Assembly (NCBI GenBank): GCA_964635715.1
Contig: CAZWNZ010000001.1
Location: 74,358-138,357, forward strand
DNA length: 64,000 bases
Source: an uncultured Gammaproteobacteria bacterium
GTDB taxonomy: Bacteria; Patescibacteriota; Microgenomatia; UBA8517
Direction: 5' to 3'
The notes below the pieces were generated by a model. It did no database searches. It was given only the letters and a program-made list of their open reading frames with translations, and was not told the DNA's origin. Shown in pieces: positions 53,454 to 63,354 of the stretch (position 1 is its first letter; every line of letters starts with the position of its first letter). Made by a program: the position numbers and the translations under genes.

Positions 53454-54812
53454 TTAAAAAGGATGAATTTTTGATAGCTCATTAACATTCATATTTAGAT
53501 TTACATCAATATTCCTATTTTTTGGAACTTCAGTGAGTCTTTTTATGCCAAAATATGGATATCTTTCGTCGTGCCATAGAGGTACCATTTCTGGGACAAG
53601 AACCTTGACAACTTTCAAACACACTTTTTCAATTTCAGGAGTCGTCATGTCGATATAATATGCGGTGCACCCAATGTTTTTAAGCTTTGAAAGAGTGTAC
53701 TTAAGATATTCTTCATCTGTCTTGAACATTGTTGTTTTAGTCAACGAAACTTGCTTGGAGCTCTTAATAAAATTTTCGACCTGCCCTATCATATGCGGAG
53801 CTGACCACTCACGATGTTTCTGCCAATTAAACCATTCAAACGATCCTTTTGGGGGCGGAGGGTTGTTCACATAAAAATATTTTTTTCTATTTGTTACATA
53901 TCTTCTGAGCGCCTCAATCGCCGATATCTTTAACACATTAGCTGTGTCTAGGCCGGCCCCCAGGCCACAACACACCGCAGGGCCCACGCCCGTTCTGTCT
54001 ACAAGAAGGCAAACAACTGAAAATATTCCAGTGTCTAGCGTGGTATCAAAAAAATAAATCTCAAAATTATATCTGGCGAATTTTTCTACAAGTTCTTTTA
54101 ATTCTTTATTTGACTTGTCTAGCGAAATCAAGCGTTTTGGTATTTCTGGAAGAAACGAAATTACATACCCATCCCTCTCAATAATTTCACAAAGCCCCCT
54201 ATAAACAGCAAAATCAATGTTTGGACCGCAGGCGGCCCCCGTACTTATAGGCATTCGTATAACTGGTTCATTGTGTTGTTTGTGGGAATAATTTGCGTAT
54301 GCTAAAGAGGCAGGTATTAGTTTTTTCTCATGACTTATTAGATTATGCCCCATCAGCCAATTAATCTGCGAGTTTCTGGATATATTAAACTTTTTGTACT
54401 TTTTTGTGGACAGCTGTTTGGGTGTAAAAGGAACAAAAACTGTTGGATCAATGGCATTATTTTTTAACTGTATATATGATCCATGTACAAACTTTTCCGG
54501 AGTTTCGTTCAAGATACAATAATGTTCTATAGCTTCGGTTATTGAACGTTCGATGGATGTTCTCTCGTTGTCGCTTCCACCATAACCATAGGCAGTGTTA
54601 ACTTTGTTTCCTTTTGAATATCTTTCACAGGAATATATAAAAAACTGGGGAATGTCTGGCCATGTTTTACTTTGAGTTAGTTGTCCAAGTATTTTATGGG
54701 ATTGCAGGTCATTGTGGATTTTTTTAAAACGAGAAGACAATGGTAATTTTGAAAACGGAAATGTCCTTACTGCAGGGTCATGGGGCAGAGCGATTCGAGC
54801 ACCGTTTTTCAC
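53454..54812 (-). CDS. YcaO family ATP-dependent cyclodehydratase
   Basis: EAIEHY, STGAACG, RGLCEIIERDG, GLGAG, EALR, VVKVLVPEM.PL, C-terminal HPF; GTG start. Confidence 0.9.
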   Translation of the reverse strand: MKNGARIALPHDPAVRTFPFSKLPLSSRFKKIHNDLQSHKILGQLTQSKTWPDIPQFFIYSCERYSKGNKVNTAYGYGGSDNERTSIERSITEAIEHYCILNETPEKFVHGSYIQLKNNAIDPTVFVPFTPKQLSTKKYKKFNISRNSQINWLMGHNLISHEKKLIPASLAYANYSHKQHNEPVIRMPISTGAACGPNIDFAVYRGLCEIIERDGYVISFLPEIPKRLISLDKSNKELKELVEKFARYNFEIYFFDTTLDTGIFSVVCLLVDRTGVGPAVCCGLGAGLDTANVLKISAIEALRRYVTNRKKYFYVNNPPPPKGSFEWFNWQKHREWSAPHMIGQVENFIKSSKQVSLTKTTMFKTDEEYLKYTLSKLKNIGCTAYYIDMTTPEIEKVCLKVVKVLVPEMVPLWHDERYPYFGIKRLTEVPKNRNIDVNLNMNVNELSKIHPF

Positions 54813-54886
54813 AAGGATATTTTAGCACGGGTTAGCAATTTTTAACTGTATTTCAATTCACCCTGATCATGTTATATAATTAGCCT

Positions 54887-57622
54887 ATGCCAGAAACATT
54901 AGGAAGACCGGGCATTCCTTCACAATTGGAATCAAAGGGATTCTATCATACACCACACAAAGACGATGGTTCTGGCTTGCCCGAAATTGATCCAGCAGAC
55001 GCAGCTTTGAATGATGCAATAAATCGACAGATTGGAAGAGAATTTGAGGTCAATGCAGAGATGGCAACAAATCCGGAAACTTCAGCTGATTTTTTTGAGG
55101 GTCTTAGGGGAGTTGAAGAATTACAAGAGGATGGGAACGTTCCGAAGGAAGCTCAAGATCGTTGGACTCCGTCAAGACTTCATTCGGCAATGTATTACAA
55201 TGCCAAGGCACTTGGTGTTTCTATAAATGAGCTTCTTAGGAAAGGAAGAATTGAGCCAACAAAGATTACTGAGCTCATAGATGGAAAGGCGGTAGTCACT
55301 GATGGATACAAACCAACTAAACCCAAGTTTGCATCCTTCGCAATATCATATGAGCCATTTAAGGCTGGAAATGTCAAATTGGGTAATGGCTTTAATCGTG
55401 ACGAAATTGATTATAAATATGATTTTGGAATACCAACAGAAAATTCAAATAAGAGGCTTGAGATGGCTCTTGCAGTCAAGAAGGGTATAACTGAATATCA
55501 AGCACGCTTGATCCTGGGTGAACATATTTCCGTAAGGACCAGTCTGAGATTTCGCGACTCTTTAGAAGACTTGGTGGGTATTATGCATAGTGGTAGTGTT
55601 ACTTATTTTAAGGGTGATCATTTGAAGGGATTGTTTAATTTGCCTAGCGTGCGGGAATTAGAAGGCGGTATAAAACTGTCCGATACAAATAAAGAACAAG
55701 TTAGGACGAGAGTAGAAGAAGAAAACGCAAAACAACTTTCAAAAGAAAACAGACCACTCACAGATGAACAAAGAGAAATTGTCACGGCATCAATTAGAGA
55801 CCCTCTAATATCTAAAGAATTTGAAAACAGACACGAATTTGGTGATCAAGTTGAAGAGGCAATTTTTCTTAATATGATAATGTTAAATTCCTCAGGAAAA
55901 ACCAGAATGCAGGAGTTTCTCAAAAGACCAGGAGTAATTAAATTAATGTCGAGGTTGGCAGATAAGGATGTCAGTTTACAAAATTTATTAAACAAGAAAG
56001 ATTTAGAATTGATGACAAATGAGCAGGTGATGCTGAGCAAGGCTAAACAGTGGCAACTTGCACACATTGGGGATGTCGATAATTGGATAGATGACAAAGA
56101 TAGATATTTGGAAAACACCACAGTCAGAATGAAAAATGGAGTTGAGGTAAAAGAGGGTGGAACAAAGGTAAGAGTGAAAGCAACTTGGAGGGAAGAATCA
56201 GAAATAGGTCTCCGTAAAGAGTTAACTAAATGGGCAAATATTTCCGCCTGGGGCGGAAACCCTTCTGAGTTTAGTGCAGATAAAGAAATTCGATTTATTG
56301 AAGGTGCTATTGGAGATGTTGTTGGAAGCAAGGAAGCTGCTTGGCTTGCGGCAACATTTTTGAGATCAATCGGTGCATATGCCTCCGAGGGATATGCGGT
56401 TCTTCCACCAAAGGATGGGGGAAGCGTGAAAGGTAGATTTTTATTACCATTAGGAGAAGGTCGATATATAAGCGGGGACGATACAGGAAAATTTTATGCA
56501 AATCTGTTTAACTTAAAAGAAGGGCTAAAAGGTCGCGCATCTGGCCTGAAAGATATGATAGGTAGAGTTCCCGACATGGCAATGAACCTTTTTGATTGGG
56601 CTGGAGTTGAGGTGGGTAATGCAGACGGCACCGACCCCGAATATCCTCTTAATTGGGATGGAACAATGCAAAAAAGATCTGTATGGGATGCCTGGCTTGG
56701 GACAGCGGAGCAGCCATTGAGAGATATATTAACTGGTGGAGATGTGGTGGAAGTTGCTAAGATAGATGGGAATATTCTTAACAAACTTAGTGATGAAGAT
56801 AAGGAAACGGTTACAGCTAACAAAATGGGATTTGTTGAAGTCAAAAGAAAAACAAATAACAGTGGTAAGGAAGAAGTGGTTTATAAAGTTCTAGATTTAG
56901 ATACAAATGACAGAATCTCTTCGGGGAGAGTTTTAATAAAAGGAATTAAAAACAAACACGGGCTGCCGCTTATCGATAAAAACAATCAAGAAAAAATGTT
57001 TTTGTGGGTTGCTGAGGAAAAAGGTAAAAGATTAGGAGATCTGAATTTCAAAACACTTGAAAGAGAATTCCATGGAACTTTCACAATTATGCAGTGGCTT
57101 ATGGGGAACGGGGAGGGACCAACAGGCGTTTTTGTTGATGCTCTAAAGACAAATTTCAGGCCTGAGGATTTTGAAATGAATGAGCTCAAAAAGAAAATTA
57201 AGTATATCGGAATTGTCATGAATCCGGTAGTTCTAACAAAAGGTTCTCAACACCTATATAAAGATGCGGGCGGGGCTGCTGGAGTAGTCCAAAATGTATT
57301 TTTTGATAATTTAATGAATGCAAGAAAACGCAGCAATTGGTTTGCTCAGAATATTTTAGGCAACTTTGTAAAACTATTTAATCCTGATGGTGGAGTAACA
57401 ACCACCTCCTCAGCAATGCTTGTTGATGCGTATATTACTGAAGCAAAAAAGAAATCTGGCATGGAATCAGTATCCGACCTGGTCAAACATTATATAGACG
57501 GAAATGGGGATATGAGAACGATAGCTGGAGAAAAAACTAACACTGTTGTTAAGCAAGTTATCGAAAGTGCGAGTCTTACAGATAAAAATATTGGCATGAT
57601 TAGGGGTAAAAATACCTATTAA
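54887..57622 (+). CDS. Large hypothetical cytoplasmic protein
   Basis: 911-aa ORF with TATAAT 6 nt upstream; no motif recognised. Confidence 0.7.
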   Translation: MPETLGRPGIPSQLESKGFYHTPHKDDGSGLPEIDPADAALNDAINRQIGREFEVNAEMATNPETSADFFEGLRGVEELQEDGNVPKEAQDRWTPSRLHSAMYYNAKALGVSINELLRKGRIEPTKITELIDGKAVVTDGYKPTKPKFASFAISYEPFKAGNVKLGNGFNRDEIDYKYDFGIPTENSNKRLEMALAVKKGITEYQARLILGEHISVRTSLRFRDSLEDLVGIMHSGSVTYFKGDHLKGLFNLPSVRELEGGIKLSDTNKEQVRTRVEEENAKQLSKENRPLTDEQREIVTASIRDPLISKEFENRHEFGDQVEEAIFLNMIMLNSSGKTRMQEFLKRPGVIKLMSRLADKDVSLQNLLNKKDLELMTNEQVMLSKAKQWQLAHIGDVDNWIDDKDRYLENTTVRMKNGVEVKEGGTKVRVKATWREESEIGLRKELTKWANISAWGGNPSEFSADKEIRFIEGAIGDVVGSKEAAWLAATFLRSIGAYASEGYAVLPPKDGGSVKGRFLLPLGEGRYISGDDTGKFYANLFNLKEGLKGRASGLKDMIGRVPDMAMNLFDWAGVEVGNADGTDPEYPLNWDGTMQKRSVWDAWLGTAEQPLRDILTGGDVVEVAKIDGNILNKLSDEDKETVTANKMGFVEVKRKTNNSGKEEVVYKVLDLDTNDRISSGRVLIKGIKNKHGLPLIDKNNQEKMFLWVAEEKGKRLGDLNFKTLEREFHGTFTIMQWLMGNGEGPTGVFVDALKTNFRPEDFEMNELKKKIKYIGIVMNPVVLTKGSQHLYKDAGGAAGVVQNVFFDNLMNARKRSNWFAQNILGNFVKLFNPDGGVTTTSSAMLVDAYITEAKKKSGMESVSDLVKHYIDGNGDMRTIAGEKTNTVVKQVIESASLTDKNIGMIRGKNTY

Positions 57623-57636
57623 TTGAAGATTAAATT

Positions 57637-59487
57637 TTAAGTACCACCCTCAACTTTGGGTTTTTTGTTTTTCAAAGCTTCCTTTACCCTGGTTGTCCAG
57701 TTGGCAAGTTTGTCTTCCAGAGCCACCTTTCTGGCAGTTTCTAAATATGGAGCCCCTGTTTGTCCCCAGGCCCACTTGGCTGGTCCAAATGCCTCCCCAA
57801 TTGCACTACCATAAGCAAACGGCTTACCTGTAATGAACCCTTGGACAATTTCAGTGGCCTTGGGAATTAAAGTAAAAACAACGAAACTTACTGCCATAAA
57901 AATCAATCCAACAACCAAGGAATTATTACTCAGACCCAAAAGAGGAAGTTGTACGGAGCTGGATAACGCTTGGTTGGTTGTTCCCAAAATGGCATCTGCA
58001 ATACTTGATCCAGTAATTAGTCTCAAAAGTCCTGCCCCAAAACCGTTTGGGAAAGCATTTTCGATCCCTAAGAGAAGAAAAATGTATGCCAACAAAAATA
58101 AAACTCCAGTAATTACAAAAACAGCAAGAGACGAAACAAAGCTTTTTAGCCACGAAGCAAAACCTAAATTAGAAATAATTATACCAGCTGTTATTTGAAG
58201 CGGAGCGGCTATTGTTAATAGAAATATTTGGGCACAAGCTTTGGTGAGTTTCCATACAATTTTAATAGAGGTGACAAGTGTCATAATAGTAATTATTATT
58301 AGCAAAATAATGTAAACAATCACGCCGACTGAGAGTATGTCTCCAAATCCTTTAAGAACGTCTTTAATGTAAATAGCTAGGCCAAATGAAAAATATTTTG
58401 AAAATTGAGTCAAATAATTGGCGACTAAGGCAAACACACCTTTTCCGTCTGGACCGTTAGTTAGCCAGCTGAATACATAAGCAGCGCTAGTATCTCCATA
58501 TTCCGATCCTGGAACAGCTTTGACGATTGGGGCAGCAAAAATACTAATCAATCCTATTACGACATACATGAGATCGATTAGAAATCCAGCTATTGCATAC
58601 GAAAAAGTTACCAGAACTAAGGCAATCAATATTTTAGGGATGGCTGATTGAATGGTGATTACAACTTGTGGTGATATTTTAACTCTGAACATTACCATGA
58701 ACGACAAAACAATGGCGGCAATCACAAAAAGAATGTAAGCCATGTTTCGCACAGCGACCCACATATTTTGGACTACTTCTAAAAACTGAAAACCGACACC
58801 CATATCGTTTGTTTGCGCTTTTACACTTTTAACAGGTTGAAGTTTTTGAAAAACACCCTTTGTATAAGAAATTCCTGAAAAAGGGCGATCGTCGGCAAAA
58901 ACTGCTGCTAATAAAGGAGTATTGGCATGATCCGAACCTGCAATTATATTGTTTTTAATTTTCAAAAAAGATTCAGAATTGGAAACGTCCTCCAGTATAC
59001 ACGTATCTTCAGTTCCACCATTTAATAAACATTGGATAGCCGACACAGAACCCTCACCTGATGTTGAGTTTATAATAAAGCTGTAAATACTATAAAATAT
59101 CCACTGAACCTGTGCTGCAGTATATCTTTCTCCGAAAATCTCATTGGGGTTGGAGTTGTCATATACTTTACTTGACCATTCCTGAAAAGATTGGTTGTAC
59201 CAAGTTCCGGATGAAGCCGTTGTTGATGATGTTGTTGTAGAGTCACCACTGACACACGCTACATCTGTCGCGCTTTGACAAGATTCTTTATCAGTTATGG
59301 CAGTGCAATAATCGGAGTCGACCTCATAACCATCATTACAATCGGCATATGATTCTGCTTCCGCCCTACATGAAGTTAAGTTCCACTTACATTCAAAAGT
59401 GTTGGTTGCCGCTTGTATTTTGGAAACGGGTGCGGCAATGAAATAAAACAAGCCAAAGATAAAAAAAGATGCGAGCAGTTTTTTCAT
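57637..59487 (-). CDS. VirB6/TrbL-like multi-TM T4SS membrane protein
   Basis: Signal peptide, W..VRNMAY, IPKILIALVLVTFSYAIAGFLIDL, many TMs; start set at ATG 59487. Confidence 0.6.
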   Translation of the reverse strand: MKKLLASFFIFGLFYFIAAPVSKIQAATNTFECKWNLTSCRAEAESYADCNDGYEVDSDYCTAITDKESCQSATDVACVSGDSTTTSSTTASSGTWYNQSFQEWSSKVYDNSNPNEIFGERYTAAQVQWIFYSIYSFIINSTSGEGSVSAIQCLLNGGTEDTCILEDVSNSESFLKIKNNIIAGSDHANTPLLAAVFADDRPFSGISYTKGVFQKLQPVKSVKAQTNDMGVGFQFLEVVQNMWVAVRNMAYILFVIAAIVLSFMVMFRVKISPQVVITIQSAIPKILIALVLVTFSYAIAGFLIDLMYVVIGLISIFAAPIVKAVPGSEYGDTSAAYVFSWLTNGPDGKGVFALVANYLTQFSKYFSFGLAIYIKDVLKGFGDILSVGVIVYIILLIIITIMTLVTSIKIVWKLTKACAQIFLLTIAAPLQITAGIIISNLGFASWLKSFVSSLAVFVITGVLFLLAYIFLLLGIENAFPNGFGAGLLRLITGSSIADAILGTTNQALSSSVQLPLLGLSNNSLVVGLIFMAVSFVVFTLIPKATEIVQGFITGKPFAYGSAIGEAFGPAKWAWGQTGAPYLETARKVALEDKLANWTTRVKEALKNKKPKVEGGT

Positions 59488-59537
59488 TTGATTTATCCTT
59501 AATCTTATCAAACCAATGCAAAAAATGTTAGTAGGTT

Positions 59538-61949
59538 TTAATAACAGTCAGCGCTAAAGGGATACCCAGTAAAGTTGCAGCTTGTCATTGTGTTCCAATG
59601 GATATCCATAAGTTCCATATATTGTTCTGCTTTAGGTGGTAACTCTTTCTTGTCTATATTACAGTATCCGTAATAGTAAATAGAAAAGAACATTTCGGTG
59701 TCGCGCCCCTTGCCGAAACATGAAGCATACTGAGGAGCGGTTTTATAATATTCCATAAGTTCGAAAAACTCATTAATTTGTGCAGTAAAACCTCTGTACT
59801 TGGAGCTGTTTATCCCAAAGTCCTGATTGGAAATTTCATAATTACTTGCACCGCTCTCATTTACCCATAGGAGTAGTGTAAATGCAGGGTTTACGTTAGC
59901 TGCAATAGATTTTCTGACAACATCGTTATAGCATTCCAGAACATGATCACCCTCGCGTCCTTCCCAAGCGATTGCAAACTCATGCAAGTCTTCCTTTGAA
60001 ATTAATTTTGGTGCTAAAGAAGATACATCGGCAGCCGTTTGGTCGCAATCGATCCCTGTATTTGTTATATCTTCGATGATGTCATTTTCTGCAAAAGCAA
60101 TTTGTTCCCCATACCCCTTTGGTCTGAGAGCTGTTTGGATTCCCTTTAGGAAGTACTCCGAAACTCCTCCGACGTGGGGAATTTTAAGGTCGGTATTAGA
60201 CTCACTCATATCCGTGCCGGAGTATGTGATGTTGGAAGAACCTGCTATGTCAATTATTTTCCCGACGCCTCCCTCAGTGTTTGTTTTTGGAAAAATTCTC
60301 TTAAAAACTGACATGGATCCTGCCACAAGACGCGACCAGACATCATCCACAAGGGGAATGTTGGACTGAGTGGAAAGATTTATATAAACCTTTTTACTGC
60401 ATTTTTGCCTGACAATTTGAGGAATACACTCCTTGTCTATAAGCGAACCACAACGTTCGCCGACATAATGACCGTTATAGCACATGCAATCAAGAGGCTC
60501 GGTATCGCAAGGTTTGTCTATCAGAGAACCACAGCGTTCGCCGACATAATTTCCGTTAATGCACATACAGTCGAGAGGGTCATCTTCCGTGGTAGGTTCG
60601 TTAAATATGCAGGTAAAGCCGGCGGTATAAGAAAGGTCTCCTGTTAGTTGATTGGCAAAGAGGTCGTCTCCTGCATTTGAACGTACTTCCACGGTGCTGC
60701 ACGATGTATCTGAAATATTCGTAGGACTACTTACTTTCTCCTCTCCTTGCGGTATATAAGTATCCTGTAAAAGCGAACCTAACTCATCGGCTTCGACCAT
60801 GTGAGGCAGAAATAGAGTGGAAGGCAATTGGTTGGAAAAAGTGATGTTTTTAACCGTAACCCCGGTAGTATTTAGATTGGTTGATGAGGAAACGTTATCT
60901 ATTTTAATATTTCCCTCCACATCTTCTGTTGATGAGAGGGAAATATATGGAAAAAGTTCCGCATATTTGCTTTTAACAAGAGGATTTTTTACACAAATGA
61001 GTTGATTGATAACAGGTATTAGGGCACATGTGTCTCCCTGCCATTCTCTATATGCTTTAAGATATTCTTTTTCATTTTCAAATTGTTCATTCCAGGGGAG
61101 AGGAGGGGTTCTTTTGTTCCAAGCTACACCAACATATCGATTGATTTCTTCGGATGTAGCATTCGGTAAAAGATTTAGGATGGCTCTCTTTAAAATATTG
61201 GAAATACCTCTGGTGATACCAAGACCGCCACTTTCCCATTCTGTAAGGCGATATGTATTGGAAATGACACTATTTTCATCATGACACCCAACAGGATCTC
61301 CACTTAATGAAGTACAGACGACAACTTTATCGTGCTGCGTCTCCTTAGCTGATTCTATCATTTCAATTTGCTGAGCTTGTTGGATAGCTTGAGGCAGAAG
61401 TTTTTTTAGTGGCCCGGAATAATTTACAAAATTCTGATCAGTGTCATTGGCACTGCCATATTCAGTGCGGTTTGTGACACCGTTTAAGTACCAGCTGACA
61501 TATTCATTCATTTTTTGAGCGTCATCAAAACTCTCCTCGGAACTTTGCGAATTGATAACATCCTCAGTATTGCCCATAATAGGCAACTCAGCTCCGCTTA
61601 GGTTGATAGTCACGCTTTTGTTTACGTCTATATTGTATGTGCAGTAAATTTTGCCGTTTTTGGTCGTGCAGTCACCGGGAGTTCCGGGATAGTAAATATC
61701 AATGGTATTGGTAAGCGTTAAATCAGTTCCACAGTATGTTGCATAGTCTGAGACGCTGCTGGAACATTGTGTGTTTGCTTGATAGGGTCTAAGAGAGTGA
61801 AACTCTTCATCGTCGGCCAGTGTGCTATCGGTTGTTTCATCGCACTTTATATTTGTATTTGACGGAATCTGGGAGTGAACAGATGTTGGATCAAACAGGG
61901 ATAGAAAAAGAAACAAGGGAATTAGAAAGAGAACATGCAGTTTATTCAT
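59538..61949 (-). CDS. Secreted Cys-rich protein with C-terminal lysozyme/lytic-transglycosylase-like domain
   Basis: Signal peptide; internal 27-aa Cys repeat; VNPAFTLLLWVNESG resembles SLT catalytic ES motif. Confidence 0.55.
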   Translation of the reverse strand: MNKLHVLFLIPLFLFLSLFDPTSVHSQIPSNTNIKCDETTDSTLADDEEFHSLRPYQANTQCSSSVSDYATYCGTDLTLTNTIDIYYPGTPGDCTTKNGKIYCTYNIDVNKSVTINLSGAELPIMGNTEDVINSQSSEESFDDAQKMNEYVSWYLNGVTNRTEYGSANDTDQNFVNYSGPLKKLLPQAIQQAQQIEMIESAKETQHDKVVVCTSLSGDPVGCHDENSVISNTYRLTEWESGGLGITRGISNILKRAILNLLPNATSEEINRYVGVAWNKRTPPLPWNEQFENEKEYLKAYREWQGDTCALIPVINQLICVKNPLVKSKYAELFPYISLSSTEDVEGNIKIDNVSSSTNLNTTGVTVKNITFSNQLPSTLFLPHMVEADELGSLLQDTYIPQGEEKVSSPTNISDTSCSTVEVRSNAGDDLFANQLTGDLSYTAGFTCIFNEPTTEDDPLDCMCINGNYVGERCGSLIDKPCDTEPLDCMCYNGHYVGERCGSLIDKECIPQIVRQKCSKKVYINLSTQSNIPLVDDVWSRLVAGSMSVFKRIFPKTNTEGGVGKIIDIAGSSNITYSGTDMSESNTDLKIPHVGGVSEYFLKGIQTALRPKGYGEQIAFAENDIIEDITNTGIDCDQTAADVSSLAPKLISKEDLHEFAIAWEGREGDHVLECYNDVVRKSIAANVNPAFTLLLWVNESGASNYEISNQDFGINSSKYRGFTAQINEFFELMEYYKTAPQYASCFGKGRDTEMFFSIYYYGYCNIDKKELPPKAEQYMELMDIHWNTMTSCNFTGYPFSADCY
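60426..60579. repeat. 81-bp imperfect tandem duplication (Cys-rich module)
   Basis: PLDCMCINGNYVGERCGSLIDKPC / PLDCMCYNGHYVGERCGSLIDKEC. Confidence 0.85.
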
Positions 61950-61973
61950 GACAATTCATTATAACAGTAGAAG

Positions 61974-62270
61974 TTAATTGGGGAGTACGACGTTAAAATC
62001 GGTAACATTTGCTCCGGTCAGATTCTTTATAAGTAAAAGAATTAAATAAGAGACAAGGATAATAACAAGCCCTGTAATCGCAGAAGTTAATGTTTTTTTG
62101 GCTCCCTCCGCAGCTTTCGGGTCTCCTCCTGATGTAATAAATTTAAAGCCACTAATTATTAGAAGAAAGAACAGAACTATTCCTGCCAAACCTAACGCAT
62201 AGCCAATTATGTTTTTAAAAACATCTCCCAGGTCGGCGATTGTAGCAATAGAATCACTAGCCATAAGCAC
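61974..62270 (-). CDS. VirB2/TrbC-like T4SS pilin
   Basis: GFKFITSGGDPKAAEGAKKTLTSAITGLVII. Confidence 0.8.
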   Translation of the reverse strand: MLMASDSIATIADLGDVFKNIIGYALGLAGIVLFFLLIISGFKFITSGGDPKAAEGAKKTLTSAITGLVIILVSYLILLLIKNLTGANVTDFNVVLPN

Positions 62271-62307
62271 ATTCTAAACTAAAAAAAGTTAGCGGGCAAT
62301 AAGACGG

Positions 62308-62643
62308 TTAAATTGAGGGGATAGCCAAAGAGAATATGTCAACACCGAAGAAGGTATTGATAAGGGCTACAATTGCCCATGCGGCGAAGACTATTACAAG
62401 GCCGACAAGAGCTGCTGTAATTTGGTTTCTGGCAGTTTCAGTTTTGACTTTATCTCCACCTGACGCAATCCATTTGATACCACCAATAACCAAAATGAAA
62501 AAGAAAATAATTGCAGCAACTATGACAATCAACCTGATACCACCCGAAATAATTTCAGGAATGGTCAAATCTCCTAATTTCTCAAAATTGGAATCACTTG
62601 GTTGAAGTTCAATTGTATCGGCTGCTAAAAGTAATTTTTGCAT
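62308..62643 (-). CDS. VirB2/TrbC-like T4SS pilin
   Basis: GGIKWIASGGDKVKTETARNQITAALVGLVI; start set at ATG 62643. Confidence 0.8.
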   Translation of the reverse strand: MQKLLLAADTIELQPSDSNFEKLGDLTIPEIISGGIRLIVIVAAIIFFFILVIGGIKWIASGGDKVKTETARNQITAALVGLVIVFAAWAIVALINTFFGVDIFSLAIPSI

Positions 62644-62656
62644 TTGTATACAAGTA

Positions 62657-62983
62657 TTATCGAATAAATAGTTTACTGATGTCAAGAGCCAGTAGGTCAA
62701 TATTAAAGAAATGCTCCAACAATTCAAGTACTGCAAACGATGCGAAAAGAATAATAAGTCCAACCAAAGCGCTGGTTATTTTCCCGCGTGCGGCTTCGAC
62801 AGCTTGCTTGTCTCCACCGGAAGTGATCCATTTGATTGCTCCCATAACTAATGTAAAAAAGAAAATCACTACACCGATGATTAAGGCTAGGGTTATAAGT
62901 TTGGGGACAAAGTTTTGGAAAAAAGTTACACCATCAGAACCCAGATCTGATGTTATTGGATTAATTATTGTACTGCCTCCCAT
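62657..62983 (-). CDS. VirB2/TrbC-like T4SS pilin
   Basis: GAIKWITSGGDKQAVEAARGKITSALVGLII. Confidence 0.8.
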   Translation of the reverse strand: MGGSTIINPITSDLGSDGVTFFQNFVPKLITLALIIGVVIFFFTLVMGAIKWITSGGDKQAVEAARGKITSALVGLIILFASFAVLELLEHFFNIDLLALDISKLFIR

Positions 62984-62985
62984 AT

Positions 62986-63354
62986 TTATTTGTTTAAATT
63001 AGTAATATTGCCAAATAGGCTGGTAAGATTCAAGATATCCGCTATACCCAGGATCTTTCCGATCAAACTTACTATCAAAACAGCCAAAAGTACGACAATC
63101 AAACCAATGATACCTGTTGTTATTCTTTTCCTCGACCCTTCCAAAGCCTGTTTGTCTCCGCCCGCACCGATCATGCTGATGGCTCCTGTTATAAATACAA
63201 ACAAAAACCAGATAATTGCAACAACAGTCATTACCCCGATTGCCATAGAAATAATAGAAGAAAGCTTACTAACACCATCACCAACATTTTCTCCCAAAGT
63301 TCCGATTCCCACAAAACCGTCTTTTGGTGCAATTGATAAAGCTAGTGTTTTCAT
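62986..63354 (-). CDS. VirB2/TrbC-like T4SS pilin
   Basis: GAISMIGAGGDKQALEGSRKRITTGIIGLIV. Confidence 0.8.
   Translation of the reverse strand: MKTLALSIAPKDGFVGIGTLGENVGDGVSKLSSIISMAIGVMTVVAIIWFLFVFITGAISMIGAGGDKQALEGSRKRITTGIIGLIVVLLAVLIVSLIGKILGIADILNLTSLFGNITNLNK

Noticed and set aside
60426-60579. 81-bp duplication as a DGR TR/VR pair
   Set aside because: Copies are adjacent and in frame, and differences are largely synonymous rather than adenine-specific
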